Counted from the first letter of the stretch, positions 40,337 to 52,099 are shown. The stretch is 64,000 nucleotides of DNA from Patescibacteria group bacterium (GCA_041649155.1 JBAZNP010000001.1:430564-494563); one strand, 5' to 3'. Notes: a model not told the origin generated them from the letters alone. A program made the numbers and translations.

Positions 40337-40492
40337 ACAAAGCTGAAGACCGATACCGCAAACTTGTTGAAAAACAAGGACGCAAAGCTAGATCGACTTA
40401 GGATCGATCCAAGGGCCTGAAAGTGGCAGCCAGTTGCCGAACCTTCGGCATGATCTCAGCTTTGTAATACACTCCTACAGGGGGATGTTACA
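40337..40492 (+). promoter_or_regulatory. Structured ~155-nt 5' leader, a candidate riboswitch that resembles the c-di-GMP-I (GEMM) aptamer
   Basis: ACCGCAAAC, then hairpin CUUG-UUGAAAAA-CAAG, then GACGCAAAGC, then hairpin GAUCGA-CUUAGGA-UCGAUC (40356-40405). This parallels the GGCAAAC, P1 hairpin, GGACGCAAAGC, P2 hairpin layout. Downstream lie the competing hairpins GGCA-GCCAGU-UGCC and GCCGAA-CCU-UUCGGC, and an SD (AGGGGGA) that can pair with an upstream CUCCU. Confidence 0.35.
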
Positions 40493-41140
40493 ATGCAGAA
40501 CGAGGTTAAGGAAAGAGCGACATGGAGATTATATGAGGGCGAGAGTTATATTTTTAATGGAGAGGTCTGGAAGAATAGACCATTACCAGTCACGATTTGG
40601 TGCCCATGGTGTTACCGTGAAACCAAAGTGATTGAGGTGTTCTATTCCGGCTCCCCTCAAGAAGTCTCCGGAAATTGTCTTAGTTGCGGCAAGAAAGTTG
40701 CAATCAAGGCAGAATTTAGCAAGCCAATGCCGGTTCCTGTGATTTCAGAAGAGCCGACTTATGGGCAAAATCGTTTCTTTGGGGTAATGCTTGGCCTGGC
40801 GGCGCTTGCGTCACATCGAGCAGTTCGTCCAGGTATGATGCCGAGAGTCCCCAATCCCTTACCTGATTCGGTTCAGGAAGGAAAGGAAATTTCATGTGAC
40901 AGGAAGTTGTTACCTCTTCGCAAAGAAGTAACAATTAAGTGTGATTGCGGAGGACAAACTGAGTCATTGGTTGTTCTTCGCAATTATGATGCGTATCTTG
41001 ATGAGAAAAAGGCGCTTGGACCTGATTTCACATCGAGAATAGGGTATCTCCGATATGCATTTGTGTATTCTCGGTTATACTTATCAGGTTTTTGCGGTGA
41101 ATGCCGCAAAAGAGTTGAGGCTTCTATTAAGCTCGACTAA
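40493..41140 (+). CDS. Hypothetical double zinc-ribbon protein with a central hydrophobic segment (215 aa)
   Basis: CPWC...CLSC and CDCGG...CGEC motif pairs. Hydrophobic stretch FFGVMLGLAALA. Followed by terminator GGACCG-GCGAATAT-CGGTCC plus T-run. GC visibly higher than in neighbouring genes. Confidence 0.5.
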   Translation: MQNEVKERATWRLYEGESYIFNGEVWKNRPLPVTIWCPWCYRETKVIEVFYSGSPQEVSGNCLSCGKKVAIKAEFSKPMPVPVISEEPTYGQNRFFGVMLGLAALASHRAVRPGMMPRVPNPLPDSVQEGKEISCDRKLLPLRKEVTIKCDCGGQTESLVVLRNYDAYLDEKKALGPDFTSRIGYLRYAFVYSRLYLSGFCGECRKRVEASIKLD

Positions 41141-41149
41141 ATTACAAAA

Positions 41150-41178
41150 AGGACCGGCGAATATCGCGGTCCTTTTTC
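41150..41178. terminator. Bidirectional intrinsic terminator between convergent genes
   Basis: GGACCGGCGAATATCGCGGTCC hairpin flanked by A-run and T-run. Confidence 0.55.
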
Positions 41179-41192
41179 CTTATGTAAAAAAG

Positions 41193-41996
41193 CTATTTTA
41201 CATTAACAGTGCCATCTTCTTGCTTGATTTCGAACTCAAAATCGAATGGATCAGATGGAATGGCCTTTAAGATTCTAGCACTTACTAAATCATTTAGTTC
41301 TGCGGGATATTTTTTATTTATCTCATAATATTGTTTTGAAGCTTGTTCCAAGAGGTTCATTATTTCAAAATGGATAAGATAGTTTTTAGCTCTTTCTTTT
41401 ACGATTTCGTCATTTGTTGTTTCGTAAATTCCGGCCCAGATTTGCTTTGTTTGTTCTCGTTTGTCTGATCTTGATCCATATCTGGTTGAAACTTTTTTAA
41501 TTCCATCGGGAACACCTGGTGTGTTTGCGGTTATATCAAAATATTTAGCGGCATTAACCGAATCATCTTTATCTAGATGGTAGGTTGTAGCCAGATAGTA
41601 AGGAATTCTCCAATCATTATTGATGTTTTCAACGCCTTTTTTGGCTAGTTCAATGCCTTGGTCAGTAAATTTAATACTTGGTAAGACAAGTGCCCCGAAT
41701 GCATAGGGATAGGCGAATTTGGAGTCCAAATCAGTTGATAAAGAAAGATAACTTGGTAATTTCTCACTCGTTTTGCTTTCACTTCCACCGAAATATTGAA
41801 TGGCTAAGAGCCAAGTTGCATCGGCTGCCGCATTATCTAACCCGAGATCGGCTACTTTGATAATTTCTGGTTTTAAAACCAAGGGTTCTCTAAATAGCAT
41901 ATTCTTTTTTTGAACATCAAAAAGATATTGGACGGAAATGACGCCCGCCATGCAGGTTAGCAATAAGATGGTTGATAGATATTTTTTCATAAACAA
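41193..41996 (-). CDS. Putative lipoprotein (267 aa), unknown function
   Basis: Signal peptide with lipobox LLTC (MFMKKYLSTILLLTCMAG). Last gene of an ABC operon. Confidence 0.5.
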   Translation of the reverse strand: MFMKKYLSTILLLTCMAGVISVQYLFDVQKKNMLFREPLVLKPEIIKVADLGLDNAAADATWLLAIQYFGGSESKTSEKLPSYLSLSTDLDSKFAYPYAFGALVLPSIKFTDQGIELAKKGVENINNDWRIPYYLATTYHLDKDDSVNAAKYFDITANTPGVPDGIKKVSTRYGSRSDKREQTKQIWAGIYETTNDEIVKERAKNYLIHFEIMNLLEQASKQYYEINKKYPAELNDLVSARILKAIPSDPFDFEFEIKQEDGTVNVK

Positions 41997-42101
41997 GTTG
42001 TCGGTAAATCAGTTGTCGGTAAATCAGTACTAAGAAATCCCTTGTCGAGCTCGGAACTATCTCGCGACTTACAACTTACAACTTATTTACTTACTACTAA
42101 A

Positions 42102-42863
42102 TTAAAGGTCCTGTTTCTTCAAGGCTGAAATCGCTAAGGAAAGCAAGACTGTTGTGAAAAGGACGGAATAGACTACAGGGTAAATTATCTGGGCGGAATT
42201 GGGAAGAGAACCATAGACAACATCATTTCGCAAATTGAATTTTTCTAGATTTGGGAAAATATAATAAGCAATTCCAAGCAAATAATGGATAAATGGTCCT
42301 GATTTTTCGGCAAAACTTTTTGTAATACTAATGGAATGACCGATATAAAGAATGATAATGGTGTAAATTGTTCCGGCTAATGGAGCGGTAATGGTTGAAA
42401 ATACGATAGTAAGTGCAATTAAGATCGCTATTTCAAAAATCAAAAGCAAAATTGCGAATAGGGAAACATAGTCGAATCCGCCGCCTTTGATACCAACAAC
42501 AGTTAAGTAAATTCCAGTCATGAATAGAATATTCAGACTAATACTGGACCAGAGGCCAAAGAATTTTCCAAGGATAAATTGAAAGACTGAGACAGGTTTG
42601 GAAAATATTATATAAAGAGTTCTCTTCTCCAGTTCCTTGTAGACAAGCGAGGTTCCGAGAAAAATGGTGATGATTAAGCTAAACACGTAAATGCCGGCTA
42701 GCCCAAGATCTTTTATTACTTTAATGTCTTCGCCAAGCGAGATTGATCCAAACATGGTGGTGGAGATTAGAAAAAGAAGAGCAAAGGCGAGGATGCCGTA
42801 TAGAATTCTATCCCGAATGGTTTCTTTAAATGTATTTTTTGCGATAGTTAATATATTTTTCAT
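42102..42863 (-). CDS. ABC-2 type transporter permease (6 TM)
   Basis: Six hydrophobic helices. Immediately downstream of, and co-oriented with, the ABC ATPase. Confidence 0.6.
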   Translation of the reverse strand: MKNILTIAKNTFKETIRDRILYGILAFALLFLISTTMFGSISLGEDIKVIKDLGLAGIYVFSLIITIFLGTSLVYKELEKRTLYIIFSKPVSVFQFILGKFFGLWSSISLNILFMTGIYLTVVGIKGGGFDYVSLFAILLLIFEIAILIALTIVFSTITAPLAGTIYTIIILYIGHSISITKSFAEKSGPFIHYLLGIAYYIFPNLEKFNLRNDVVYGSLPNSAQIIYPVVYSVLFTTVLLSLAISALKKQDL

Positions 42864-42868
42864 AATGT

Positions 42869-43555
42869 TTACTTGCTTATTAGCTTATCTACAAACGCAT
42901 CTTCCAGTGATTTGTTTTTGCAAAATCCCTTCACGTCTCCGGAATATATCAATTTTCCTTTGTTAATAATGCCGATCTGATCGCAAATTTCTTCAACATC
43001 AGAGAGAATGTGGGAGTTAAAGAAGATGGTTTTACCTCGTTTTTTAATGTCCAAAAGGATTTCTTTGAACTCGCGACGGCCGATGGGGTCCAAACCGTCC
43101 AGTGGTTCATCTAAAAAGATATAATCAGGATCATTTATTATTGCCTGAGCCAAGCCAAGTCGTTGTTTCATGCCTTTAGAAAAATTCTCTATTTTTTCTT
43201 TTGCTGCTTTTTCTAGACCGACTTTTTTGAGCATTTTTTCTGAGTCACCATTGGTGATGGTGAATAGATTTTTCATGAAGTTTAAAAACTCTAAAGCAGT
43301 CAGGTGGTCATAGAAATATGGGTCCTCCGGCATGAAACCAATGATTTCTCGGTTTTTGGATATTGGTTTTCCGCCTATTTCAATGATGCCTTTTTGAGGC
43401 TTGCTTAAACCGACGATCATTTTGATAGTGGTTGTTTTACCGGCGCCGTTTGGACCAAGAAATCCAAAGATGGAGCCCTTTTTGATTTCAAGGTTCAAAT
43501 CATCAACTATTTTGGTTTTCCCGTAGGATTTTGAAAGGTTTGTAATTTTGATCAT
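42869..43555 (-). CDS. ABC transporter ATP-binding protein (ABC-2/CcmA-like)
   Basis: Walker A GPNGAGKTT, signature FSKGMKQRLGLAQAI and Walker B IFLDEPLDGLD. Start chosen at MIKITNLSKSYG. The longer track ORF reads into the palindromic repeat at 43609-43689. Confidence 0.8.
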   Translation of the reverse strand: MIKITNLSKSYGKTKIVDDLNLEIKKGSIFGFLGPNGAGKTTTIKMIVGLSKPQKGIIEIGGKPISKNREIIGFMPEDPYFYDHLTALEFLNFMKNLFTITNGDSEKMLKKVGLEKAAKEKIENFSKGMKQRLGLAQAIINDPDYIFLDEPLDGLDPIGRREFKEILLDIKKRGKTIFFNSHILSDVEEICDQIGIINKGKLIYSGDVKGFCKNKSLEDAFVDKLISK

Positions 43556-43608
43556 AATGTTAAACAAGTAAGCGTATAAGCTAATAAGCAAGCAAGTATT
43601 TATTTTGT

Positions 43609-43689
43609 TGTCATTTCGACCCCGTGAGCTTTGTCGAACGGTTGGAGAAATCTTATCAAAAGATCCCTCCACTGCGGTCGGGATGACAG
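43609..43689. repeat. TGTCAT...ATGACA-bounded palindromic element
   Basis: TGTCATTTCGACCCCGTGAGC...GCGGTCGGGATGACA. Ends inverted. Confidence 0.6.
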
Positions 43690-43796
43690 AGTGTGTAACA
43701 AAATCATTTTAAAGCGAAATATTTTTTTGTGCAATATTGTCGAGGAGGCGGTTTTGTGGTATAAGAATGACAAAGTAGGATGCGGGAATAACATCG

Positions 43797-44816
43797 ATGA
43801 ATATTCAAAAACGAAAAATTATTGCAATTGTGGGGCCGACGGCTAGTGGAAAAACGGCTGTTGGAGTGAAGCTTGCCAGAGAATTTAATGGTGAGATTGT
43901 TTCAGCTGATTCTCGCCAGGTTTTTCGTGGACTCGATATTGGAACAGGCAAAGATCTAGCTGAATATGGCGAGGTTAAATATCACATGATTGATATTTGT
44001 GAACCTGAAGAAGATTTTAATTTGTTTAAATATTTGGAGCTGGCTAGGGCGGTAATCGAAGATATTTTTTCGCGAGGGAAATTGCCGATTATTGTCGGGG
44101 GAACAGGACTATACATCCAAGCGCTCACCCAAGGGTTCGCGCTTGAAAAAATTCAAAATTCAAAATTCAAAATTCAAAATTATAGTGAGCGTTTCACGCA
44201 CGGACTATTAGATAGAGGAGCATTGAATAGTAAGACGGTTTCAGAGCTGCAAAATATTTTACAAGAGCTAGACATTAAAGCGTATGAAAATTTGGCGGAT
44301 AAGAAAAATCCTCATAGGCTTATTCGGGCAATTGAGAGAGCGCAGAGCAGAGAAGTTATTACGAAAGAAAAGCCCGATTTTGAAGTGCTGCAAATTGGTT
44401 TGGACTGGCCCAGAGAGGAACTAAATAAACGGATTGATAAAAGAGTTGATGATAGATTTGAACAGGGAATGCTTGGCGAAGCTGAACTATTATTAAAATC
44501 GGGGGTTGATCCGGAATGGTTATTAAAATTGGGGCTAGAATATAGAATAATGACCAGCTTTCTTCTTGAAATCGCTAAATTGTTAAATTGCTCTATTGCT
44601 GACCTCACCCCAACCCTCTCCTTGTTAAGGAGAGGGAGCGTCGATATAACAATGGAACAATATAACAATGATTTTGAGTTGATGAAAGATCAACTCAAGT
44701 TGCGTTCTCATCAATATGCTAAAAGGCAAATGACTTGGTTTAAAAGGTTTCCTGAGATTACTTGGGAAAAAGATTATAAAAAAATAAGTGAATTAGTTGA
44801 AAATTATTTGAACTAA
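43797..44816 (+). CDS. miaA: tRNA dimethylallyltransferase MiaA with two in-frame repeat insertions
   Basis: P-loop GPTASGKT, SADSRQV and ..AKRQMTWF. Insertions at 44147-44182 (AAATTC x5, giving KIQNSKFKIQN) and 44581-44670 (a complete ATTGCTCTATTGCT...CCCTCTCCTT-GTTAA-GGAGAGGG...ATATAACAAT MITE-like unit, near-identical to the intergenic copy at 53440-53535). Confidence 0.85.
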   Translation: MNIQKRKIIAIVGPTASGKTAVGVKLAREFNGEIVSADSRQVFRGLDIGTGKDLAEYGEVKYHMIDICEPEEDFNLFKYLELARAVIEDIFSRGKLPIIVGGTGLYIQALTQGFALEKIQNSKFKIQNYSERFTHGLLDRGALNSKTVSELQNILQELDIKAYENLADKKNPHRLIRAIERAQSREVITKEKPDFEVLQIGLDWPREELNKRIDKRVDDRFEQGMLGEAELLLKSGVDPEWLLKLGLEYRIMTSFLLEIAKLLNCSIADLTPTLSLLRRGSVDITMEQYNNDFELMKDQLKLRSHQYAKRQMTWFKRFPEITWEKDYKKISELVENYLN

Positions 44817-44909
44817 ATGTTCTACGGATATTTGTCTTTAGCACAAGTAGCTTTTTTTGTGCTTGATTTGGTAGTATTATAGAAAACATGATTTACTAAT
44901 AACTATCTT

Positions 44910-44962
44910 GGATCCCCGCCTGCGCGGGGATGACAAAATGGGGCGCGGGGATGACAAAAATA
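44910..44962. repeat. GGATCCCCGC-CTGC-GCGGGGATGACA hairpin plus a partial second copy, upstream of glmS
   Basis: Seen directly. Near-identical to the unit inside rsmA at 11291-11316. Confidence 0.65.
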
Positions 44963-45008
44963 GATGCAGGGATGGAGTGGAGGGACGATAAAATATTAAG
45001 GAGGTTTT

Positions 45009-46787
45009 ATGTGTGGAATTGTTGGATATTTTGGAAATAGAAATGGCGTTAATGTAGTTGTTGATGGCCTTAAGAAGCTTGAATACAGGGGATATGACTC
45101 TTGGGGAATTGCCCTTCGACAAGCTCAGGGTAAACTACTGACATATAAACGAGTCGGCAAGATTGGTTCTCTTGATCCTAAAAAAGATCTGAAAGATTTT
45201 TCGGGAAATGTTTGTATCGGTCATACAAGATGGGCAACTCATGGGGGAGTAACGGAAAAGAACTCTCATCCGCATCTTTCTCAAAACGGTCGGTTTGCAG
45301 TCGTTCATAATGGGATTGTCGAGAACTATCAGGAATTAAGAAAAGAGTTGGAAAGCAAAGGTGTAAAGTTTAAATCTGAAACTGATACTGAAATTATTCC
45401 AAATTTAATAGAACTAGAATTCGCAAAAAAGAAAGATTTTACTAAATCAGTTATCTCCGCGCTCAAAAAATTGGAAGGAAGTTTTGCGGTTGGAATTTTA
45501 GATTCAGAGTCAAATTGCCTTATTGGAGCAAGAAGAGGAAGTCCGTTAGTTGTCGGTTTGGGTGATAGAGAATTTTTCTTAGCTTCGGATGTGCCGGCAT
45601 TCTTAAATTTTACGAATAAAGTTGTATTTTTAGATGAAGATCAGCTTGCCAAAATTGAAGATGATTCATATGAAGTGATTGATATTTCTACTGGAAAAGA
45701 GATAAGGGCTAAAGTTACAAAAATTGAATGGTCTTTTGAGGAGGCGGAAAAAGGTGGCTATCCTCATTTTATGATTAAGGAAATGTTGGAACAGCCCAAC
45801 GTAATTAAAAAAACCATTGGTACAGACATTCCTGAGCTGGAAAAAGCGGCTAAGTTAATCAAAAAAGCAAAAAATATTTATATCGTTGCTTGTGGGACAG
45901 CTTTGCACGCCTGTATGTATGGTAGCTATGTTTTGGCTCATAACAATGAATTAAATGCTCGCCCAATTTCGGCGGGGGAATTTCCATATTTTTCTCATTT
46001 GATTAATAAAGACGATTTGATAATCGCTGTATCACAGAGCGGTGAGACGGCTGATGTGTTGGAATCGGTTAAAAGCGCTAAAGAAAAGGGTGCCAAGATT
46101 CTTGCTCTTGTAAATGTGATGGGTTCGTCTTTGATGCGGATTGCTGATCAGGCCATTTTGACAAAAGCTGGTCCGGAGATTTGCGTTCTTTCAACGAAGG
46201 CCTATGTTTCTCAAATGGCGATGTTTGTGATGTTGTCTTCTGTCTTGAAGAATAACATTGAGGAAGGCAAGAAGATATTGAAACAAGCTCAGGATGACAT
46301 TCTTAGTATTATTTCTGATAAATCCCGATCAAAAATCAAGAAACTGGCTCAAAAATTATCAAAACTAGACAATATTTATGCCATTGGCCGCGGATTTAAC
46401 TACGCCACTGCGCTCGAAGCTTGCCTTAAGATTAAAGAAGTTTCGTACATCCATGCCGAGGGTTTTGCTGGCGGTGATCTGAAACATGGACCAATTGCAT
46501 TAGTCGAAAGTGGGACGCCGGTTTTGGTTTTTGTCGGGAATGACGGTTCGGAGAGGGAAATTATCTCTAACGCGATGGAAGTAAAATCACGTGGAGCGGA
46601 TGTAATCGGCATTTCCTTTGAAGACAATTCTGCTTTTGCTACTTTTTTGCCGGTTAAAAAAAATGGGATATATACTCCCATTTCTTCTATAGTTTATTCT
46701 CAACTTTTGGCCTACTATATCGCACTTGAAAAGAATTTAGATCCAGACAAGCCAAGAAATTTGGCAAAGAGTGTGACGGTTAAATAA
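45009..46787 (+). CDS. glmS: Glutamine--fructose-6-phosphate aminotransferase (isomerising)
   Basis: N-terminal MCGIVGY (Ntn Cys), SIS-domain motifs and C-terminal ...SVTVK. Confidence 0.9.
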   Translation: MCGIVGYFGNRNGVNVVVDGLKKLEYRGYDSWGIALRQAQGKLLTYKRVGKIGSLDPKKDLKDFSGNVCIGHTRWATHGGVTEKNSHPHLSQNGRFAVVHNGIVENYQELRKELESKGVKFKSETDTEIIPNLIELEFAKKKDFTKSVISALKKLEGSFAVGILDSESNCLIGARRGSPLVVGLGDREFFLASDVPAFLNFTNKVVFLDEDQLAKIEDDSYEVIDISTGKEIRAKVTKIEWSFEEAEKGGYPHFMIKEMLEQPNVIKKTIGTDIPELEKAAKLIKKAKNIYIVACGTALHACMYGSYVLAHNNELNARPISAGEFPYFSHLINKDDLIIAVSQSGETADVLESVKSAKEKGAKILALVNVMGSSLMRIADQAILTKAGPEICVLSTKAYVSQMAMFVMLSSVLKNNIEEGKKILKQAQDDILSIISDKSRSKIKKLAQKLSKLDNIYAIGRGFNYATALEACLKIKEVSYIHAEGFAGGDLKHGPIALVESGTPVLVFVGNDGSEREIISNAMEVKSRGADVIGISFEDNSAFATFLPVKKNGIYTPISSIVYSQLLAYYIALEKNLDPDKPRNLAKSVTVK

Positions 46788-47004
46788 GTAGTAAGTTGTA
46801 AGTAAATAAGTTATAAGTTGAACAGGAACTTGTTTCAGGATGATAAGATAGATGGCGTTTGACTTACTGCTGATTTACTGACTACTGACAACTAGCTTCG
46901 GTACTTTTTTCTTCTCTTCAAGATATTCAATCCACTCACCAAAGCAAGCTCGGTGAGGGATTTCGCTGGCTTGGATAAATACGAGAATTAGTTCAAAGTT
47001 TTGT

Positions 47005-47418
47005 TTATTTATACTTTTTGCGTCGTTTTAGGATGCTCAATTTAGCGATTTGTTTCTCTAAGTGGGCAGCGGCATCGGCGTATTCAATATCACTCTTGGC
47101 ATTGGCGAGCAAGTGCTCGGCATGATTTTTGGCTTCTTCAATTTTGAGTGCGTCAAGAGAGTCAATGTCTTCAGCAGTATCGGCCAGAATTTTCACTGTA
47201 TTGTTTGATATTTCTACAATGCCGCCCTCGGTAGCCAGAATATTCTCTTTTCCGTTGATTTTTAATCGTATTTCTCCGGGAGACAAAAGAGAAATCACCG
47301 GCATATGATTTGGTAAAATCGTAATTTGACCATCCGGAGTCGGGAGGGTGGCTTCGGATACAGTCTGGTCGTACTTTACGCCTTCGGGCGAAATAAGTTT
47401 TAAGTTAAAGGTATTCAT
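47005..47418 (-). CDS. atpC: F1 ATP synthase subunit epsilon
   Basis: MNTFNLKLISPEG...TEGGIVEI pattern. Last gene of the atp operon. The track's upstream extension overlaps hairpin GGATCCCCGATCGAGTCGGGGAT. Confidence 0.7.
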   Translation of the reverse strand: MNTFNLKLISPEGVKYDQTVSEATLPTPDGQITILPNHMPVISLLSPGEIRLKINGKENILATEGGIVEISNNTVKILADTAEDIDSLDALKIEEAKNHAEHLLANAKSDIEYADAAAHLEKQIAKLSILKRRKKYK

Positions 47419-47495
47419 AATTGTTATTCCGGACTTGATCCGGAATCTATATAAATAATTATTCTGGATCCCCGATCGAGTCGGGGATAGCAAAA

Positions 47496-49282
<1,787 letters not shown>

Positions 49283-49319
49283 AGCAATATATCAATTTAA
49301 CAATATAACAATTTGCGCT

Positions 49320-50258
49320 TTAGCGCATTGCTTCTGCTGCGCCTGAAATCTCGGCGATTTCATTTGTAATCGAATTCTGCCTGATTGTGTTATATGTCAG
49401 AGTTAAATCGTCAATTAAGTTGCCGGCATTGTCCGTTGCATTTTTCATTGCTACCATTCTGGATGAATGTTCGGAGGCATTTGCCTCAAGAACTGCTCCG
49501 TAAATTTGCATTCGGATGAATCGATATAATAATTTTTCCAGAATTGTGTCGGCATTCGGCTCTAATTTATATTCGGTTTGACTAGAGGGGACTGTCCTTT
49601 CTGGGGTCTGGGGACTGTCCCCGGATTCCCAAAGTTCTGGCAGGTCTATATGATCTTTTTCTAGCGGCATGACTTGTTTGACTACAGGAATCTGCTTCAG
49701 AGATGAAACAAAGTGCGAATAAATTATAACCACTTTGCTATATGTTCCGTTTAAATATTCTCCATTCGACATTTTTGATATTGGGATTATATCTTCTAAA
49801 GAAATATTATTTTCCAGTCCGTCAAAAGCGGCAATTAATTTTCCAATTTTGTAATTATTTACAAATTCGGCGCCTTTTTTACCAACGGCAATGATGTCGC
49901 AATCACCCAAAAATTCACATTTATTATCGGTAGGGCAGCACTCTGCTTTTACAAAACTTGTCAATTTTTTTAGAGCATCGGAATTATAGGCGCCACAAAG
50001 GCCTCGATCTGATGTTACAAAAATGATGGCTGTTTTGTTGGTCTCTTGCGGTCTAAGAAGGGGATGATTTTTTGGTAAGGTCAGATTGGCAAGTTTAAGA
50101 AGCATATTCCATGAATTTTGGACATAAGCTCTTGCTTCTGTGATTGATTTGATCGATTTTTGCATCTTAACAGAAGCGACCATTTCCATCGCTTTGGTGA
50201 TTTGTTTTGTGTTATTGACCGATTTTATTCGGCGTCTAAATTCTTGTGTTGATGCCAT
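49320..50258 (-). CDS. atpG: F1 ATP synthase subunit gamma, with internal in-frame direct-repeat and Cys-rich insertions
   Basis: N-terminal MASTQEFRRRIKSVNNTKQITKAMEMVA and C-terminal ITNEIAEISGAAEA. The direct repeat GGGGACTGTCC x2 at 49590-49640 encodes ESGDSPQTPERTVPS. The CCPTDNKCEFLGDC segment is atypical. Confidence 0.8.
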   Translation of the reverse strand: MASTQEFRRRIKSVNNTKQITKAMEMVASVKMQKSIKSITEARAYVQNSWNMLLKLANLTLPKNHPLLRPQETNKTAIIFVTSDRGLCGAYNSDALKKLTSFVKAECCPTDNKCEFLGDCDIIAVGKKGAEFVNNYKIGKLIAAFDGLENNISLEDIIPISKMSNGEYLNGTYSKVVIIYSHFVSSLKQIPVVKQVMPLEKDHIDLPELWESGDSPQTPERTVPSSQTEYKLEPNADTILEKLLYRFIRMQIYGAVLEANASEHSSRMVAMKNATDNAGNLIDDLTLTYNTIRQNSITNEIAEISGAAEAMR

Positions 50259-50297
50259 AATATTCTTAATTTATAATTTTCAATTTTTATCCCTAAC

Positions 50298-50391
50298 TGT
50301 CATTGCGAGGAGCGTAAGCGACGAAGCAATCTGTTGTAAGATTGCCACGCCTCTTCGAGGCTTCCTCCAGAAGCGGACAAGTGCAATGACG
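50298..50391. repeat. TGTCATTGCG...GCAATGACGA-bounded long imperfect palindrome (94 nt) in the atpA-atpG spacer
   Basis: Inverted termini GTCATTGCGAGG / CAAGTGCAATGAC seen directly. Confidence 0.6.
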
Positions 50392-50398
50392 AATGATA

Positions 50399-52030
50399 TT
50401 AGCCTGTCGTTGCGGTTGCTTCTTCTGTGGTTTCGGTATCCTCTTCGTTGGTCTCTTCTTTATCTTTCCTAACCTTTTTCTTTGAAGATTTTTTATTCTC
50501 TTTCACCATAACTTCTTCAACTCTTTTTGTATTCTTCTCAAGAAACTCTTTCAATTTTTTCTCATTCGCTTCTGACATTTCACCGGTTTTTCTAATATCT
50601 ACTAAAATTCCTTTGATTCCGATTCGGGCTTTTTTAAGCAATTCCTCTTCAGCCTTTTTGATCTCAGATATTTCATAACCATCCAAATAGCCGTTGGTAG
50701 CGGAGTAAACCATCAAAACCTGTTCCTCAATCGACATTGGTTGATATTGGGGCTGCTTTAACATTTCCGTTATTCTCTTGCCTCTCTCGATTGACTTTTT
50801 GGTTTCGGGGTCAAGATCGGAAGCAAACTGGGCGAAGGCAGCTAGTTCTCGGTATTGTGCCATTTCAAGCTTGAGTTTACCAGCTACTTTTTTCATAGCC
50901 TTGATTTGAGCTGAACCACCAACACGAGAAACGGAAATTCCAATATTTAATGCCGGACGAATGCCCTGGTAGAAAAGGTCTGACTCAAGAAATATTTGGC
51001 CGTCGGTGATAGAAATAACGTTTGTGGGGATGTAAGCGGAAACATCACCAGCTTGAGTTTCAATGATAGGAAGAGCGGTAATTGAACCTCCTCCATAATT
51101 TTTATTCAATCGAGCCGAACGCTCAAGAAGTCGAGAGTGGAGGTAAAAAACATCGCCAGGGTAGGCTTCTCGTCCTGGGGGACGTCGCAAAAGCAGAGAA
51201 ACCTGACGATAAGCCCAAGCGTGCTTGGTTAAATCATCATAAATAATTAAAACATCTCTGCCTTTCTCCATAAAATATTCGCCAATAGCGCAACCAGCAT
51301 ATGGGGCAATGTAGGCAAGGGGAGCGGGATCGGAGGCACCAGCCACGACAATGGTTGTGTAATCCATGGCACCATGTTCTTCTAAAATGGCAGCGAGCCT
51401 GGCGATTTTAGACTGTTTTTGGCCGATAGCAACGTAAATACAGATTGGCCTTTCGTCTTTTGGCAGGTCTTTTTGGTTGATGATCGTATCAATAGCAATA
51501 GCGGTTTTGCCTGTGCCGCGGTCGCCGATAATTAACTCACGCTGACCTCGCCCGATCGGAATTAGAGCATCAATCGCTTTCATGCCGGTTTGAAGCGGCA
51601 TAGTAACGCCTTGGCGGGTGATCACGCCAGGAGCAACTTTTTCGATCGGCATGTTCTTGTCTGATTTAATTTTGGCTTTTCCGTCGATTGGTTCTCCAAG
51701 TGGATTTACTACACGGCCGACAATATCGTTGCCAACTGGTATTTCTGCGATTTTACCGGTCGTTTTTACTTTATCTCCAGCTTGAATGTGAGTATATTCG
51801 CCAAGAACGATCGCGCCGATGGAGGATTCCTCTAAATTAAAGGCCATAGCTGCGATTTTGCCCTCTTTAGACTCGATTTCAAGAAGCTCGCCACTTTTTG
51901 CGTCTTTTAAGCCGTATATTTTTGCGATACCATCGCCGATTTCCGCGACCTGACCGCCGGTCTCCTCTTTTTTATCCAAGTCAAAATTCAGGATTTCTTT
52001 TTTCAATTCTTCAATTAGATTGTCTTTCAT
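50399..52030 (-). CDS. atpA: F1 ATP synthase subunit alpha with a ~45-aa K/E/T-rich C-terminal tail
   Basis: [12 protein letters not shown]-loop and alpha-subunit core. The tail ...[31 protein letters not shown] is not normally present. Confidence 0.9.
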   Translation of the reverse strand: MKDNLIEELKKEILNFDLDKKEETGGQVAEIGDGIAKIYGLKDAKSGELLEIESKEGKIAAMAFNLEESSIGAIVLGEYTHIQAGDKVKTTGKIAEIPVGNDIVGRVVNPLGEPIDGKAKIKSDKNMPIEKVAPGVITRQGVTMPLQTGMKAIDALIPIGRGQRELIIGDRGTGKTAIAIDTIINQKDLPKDERPICIYVAIGQKQSKIARLAAILEEHGAMDYTTIVVAGASDPAPLAYIAPYAGCAIGEYFMEKGRDVLIIYDDLTKHAWAYRQVSLLLRRPPGREAYPGDVFYLHSRLLERSARLNKNYGGGSITALPIIETQAGDVSAYIPTNVISITDGQIFLESDLFYQGIRPALNIGISVSRVGGSAQIKAMKKVAGKLKLEMAQYRELAAFAQFASDLDPETKKSIERGKRITEMLKQPQYQPMSIEEQVLMVYSATNGYLDGYEISEIKKAEEELLKKARIGIKGILVDIRKTGEMSEANEKKLKEFLEKNTKRVEEVMVKENKKSSKKKVRKDKEETNEEDTETTEEATATTG

Positions 52031-52099
52031 GGTACTCCTAGTTGTCAGTAAATCAGTTGTCAGTTCTCAGTTATTTACAACCTACTACTGTTTTACTTA

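Noticed and set aside
39949-41178. att-site direct repeat of the tRNA-Leu 3' end at the far side of the mini-island
   Set aside because: I looked for a repeat of GAGTCCTCTCACCCGCACCA near 41140-41200 and found none. Island status therefore rests only on GC contrast and tRNA adjacency.
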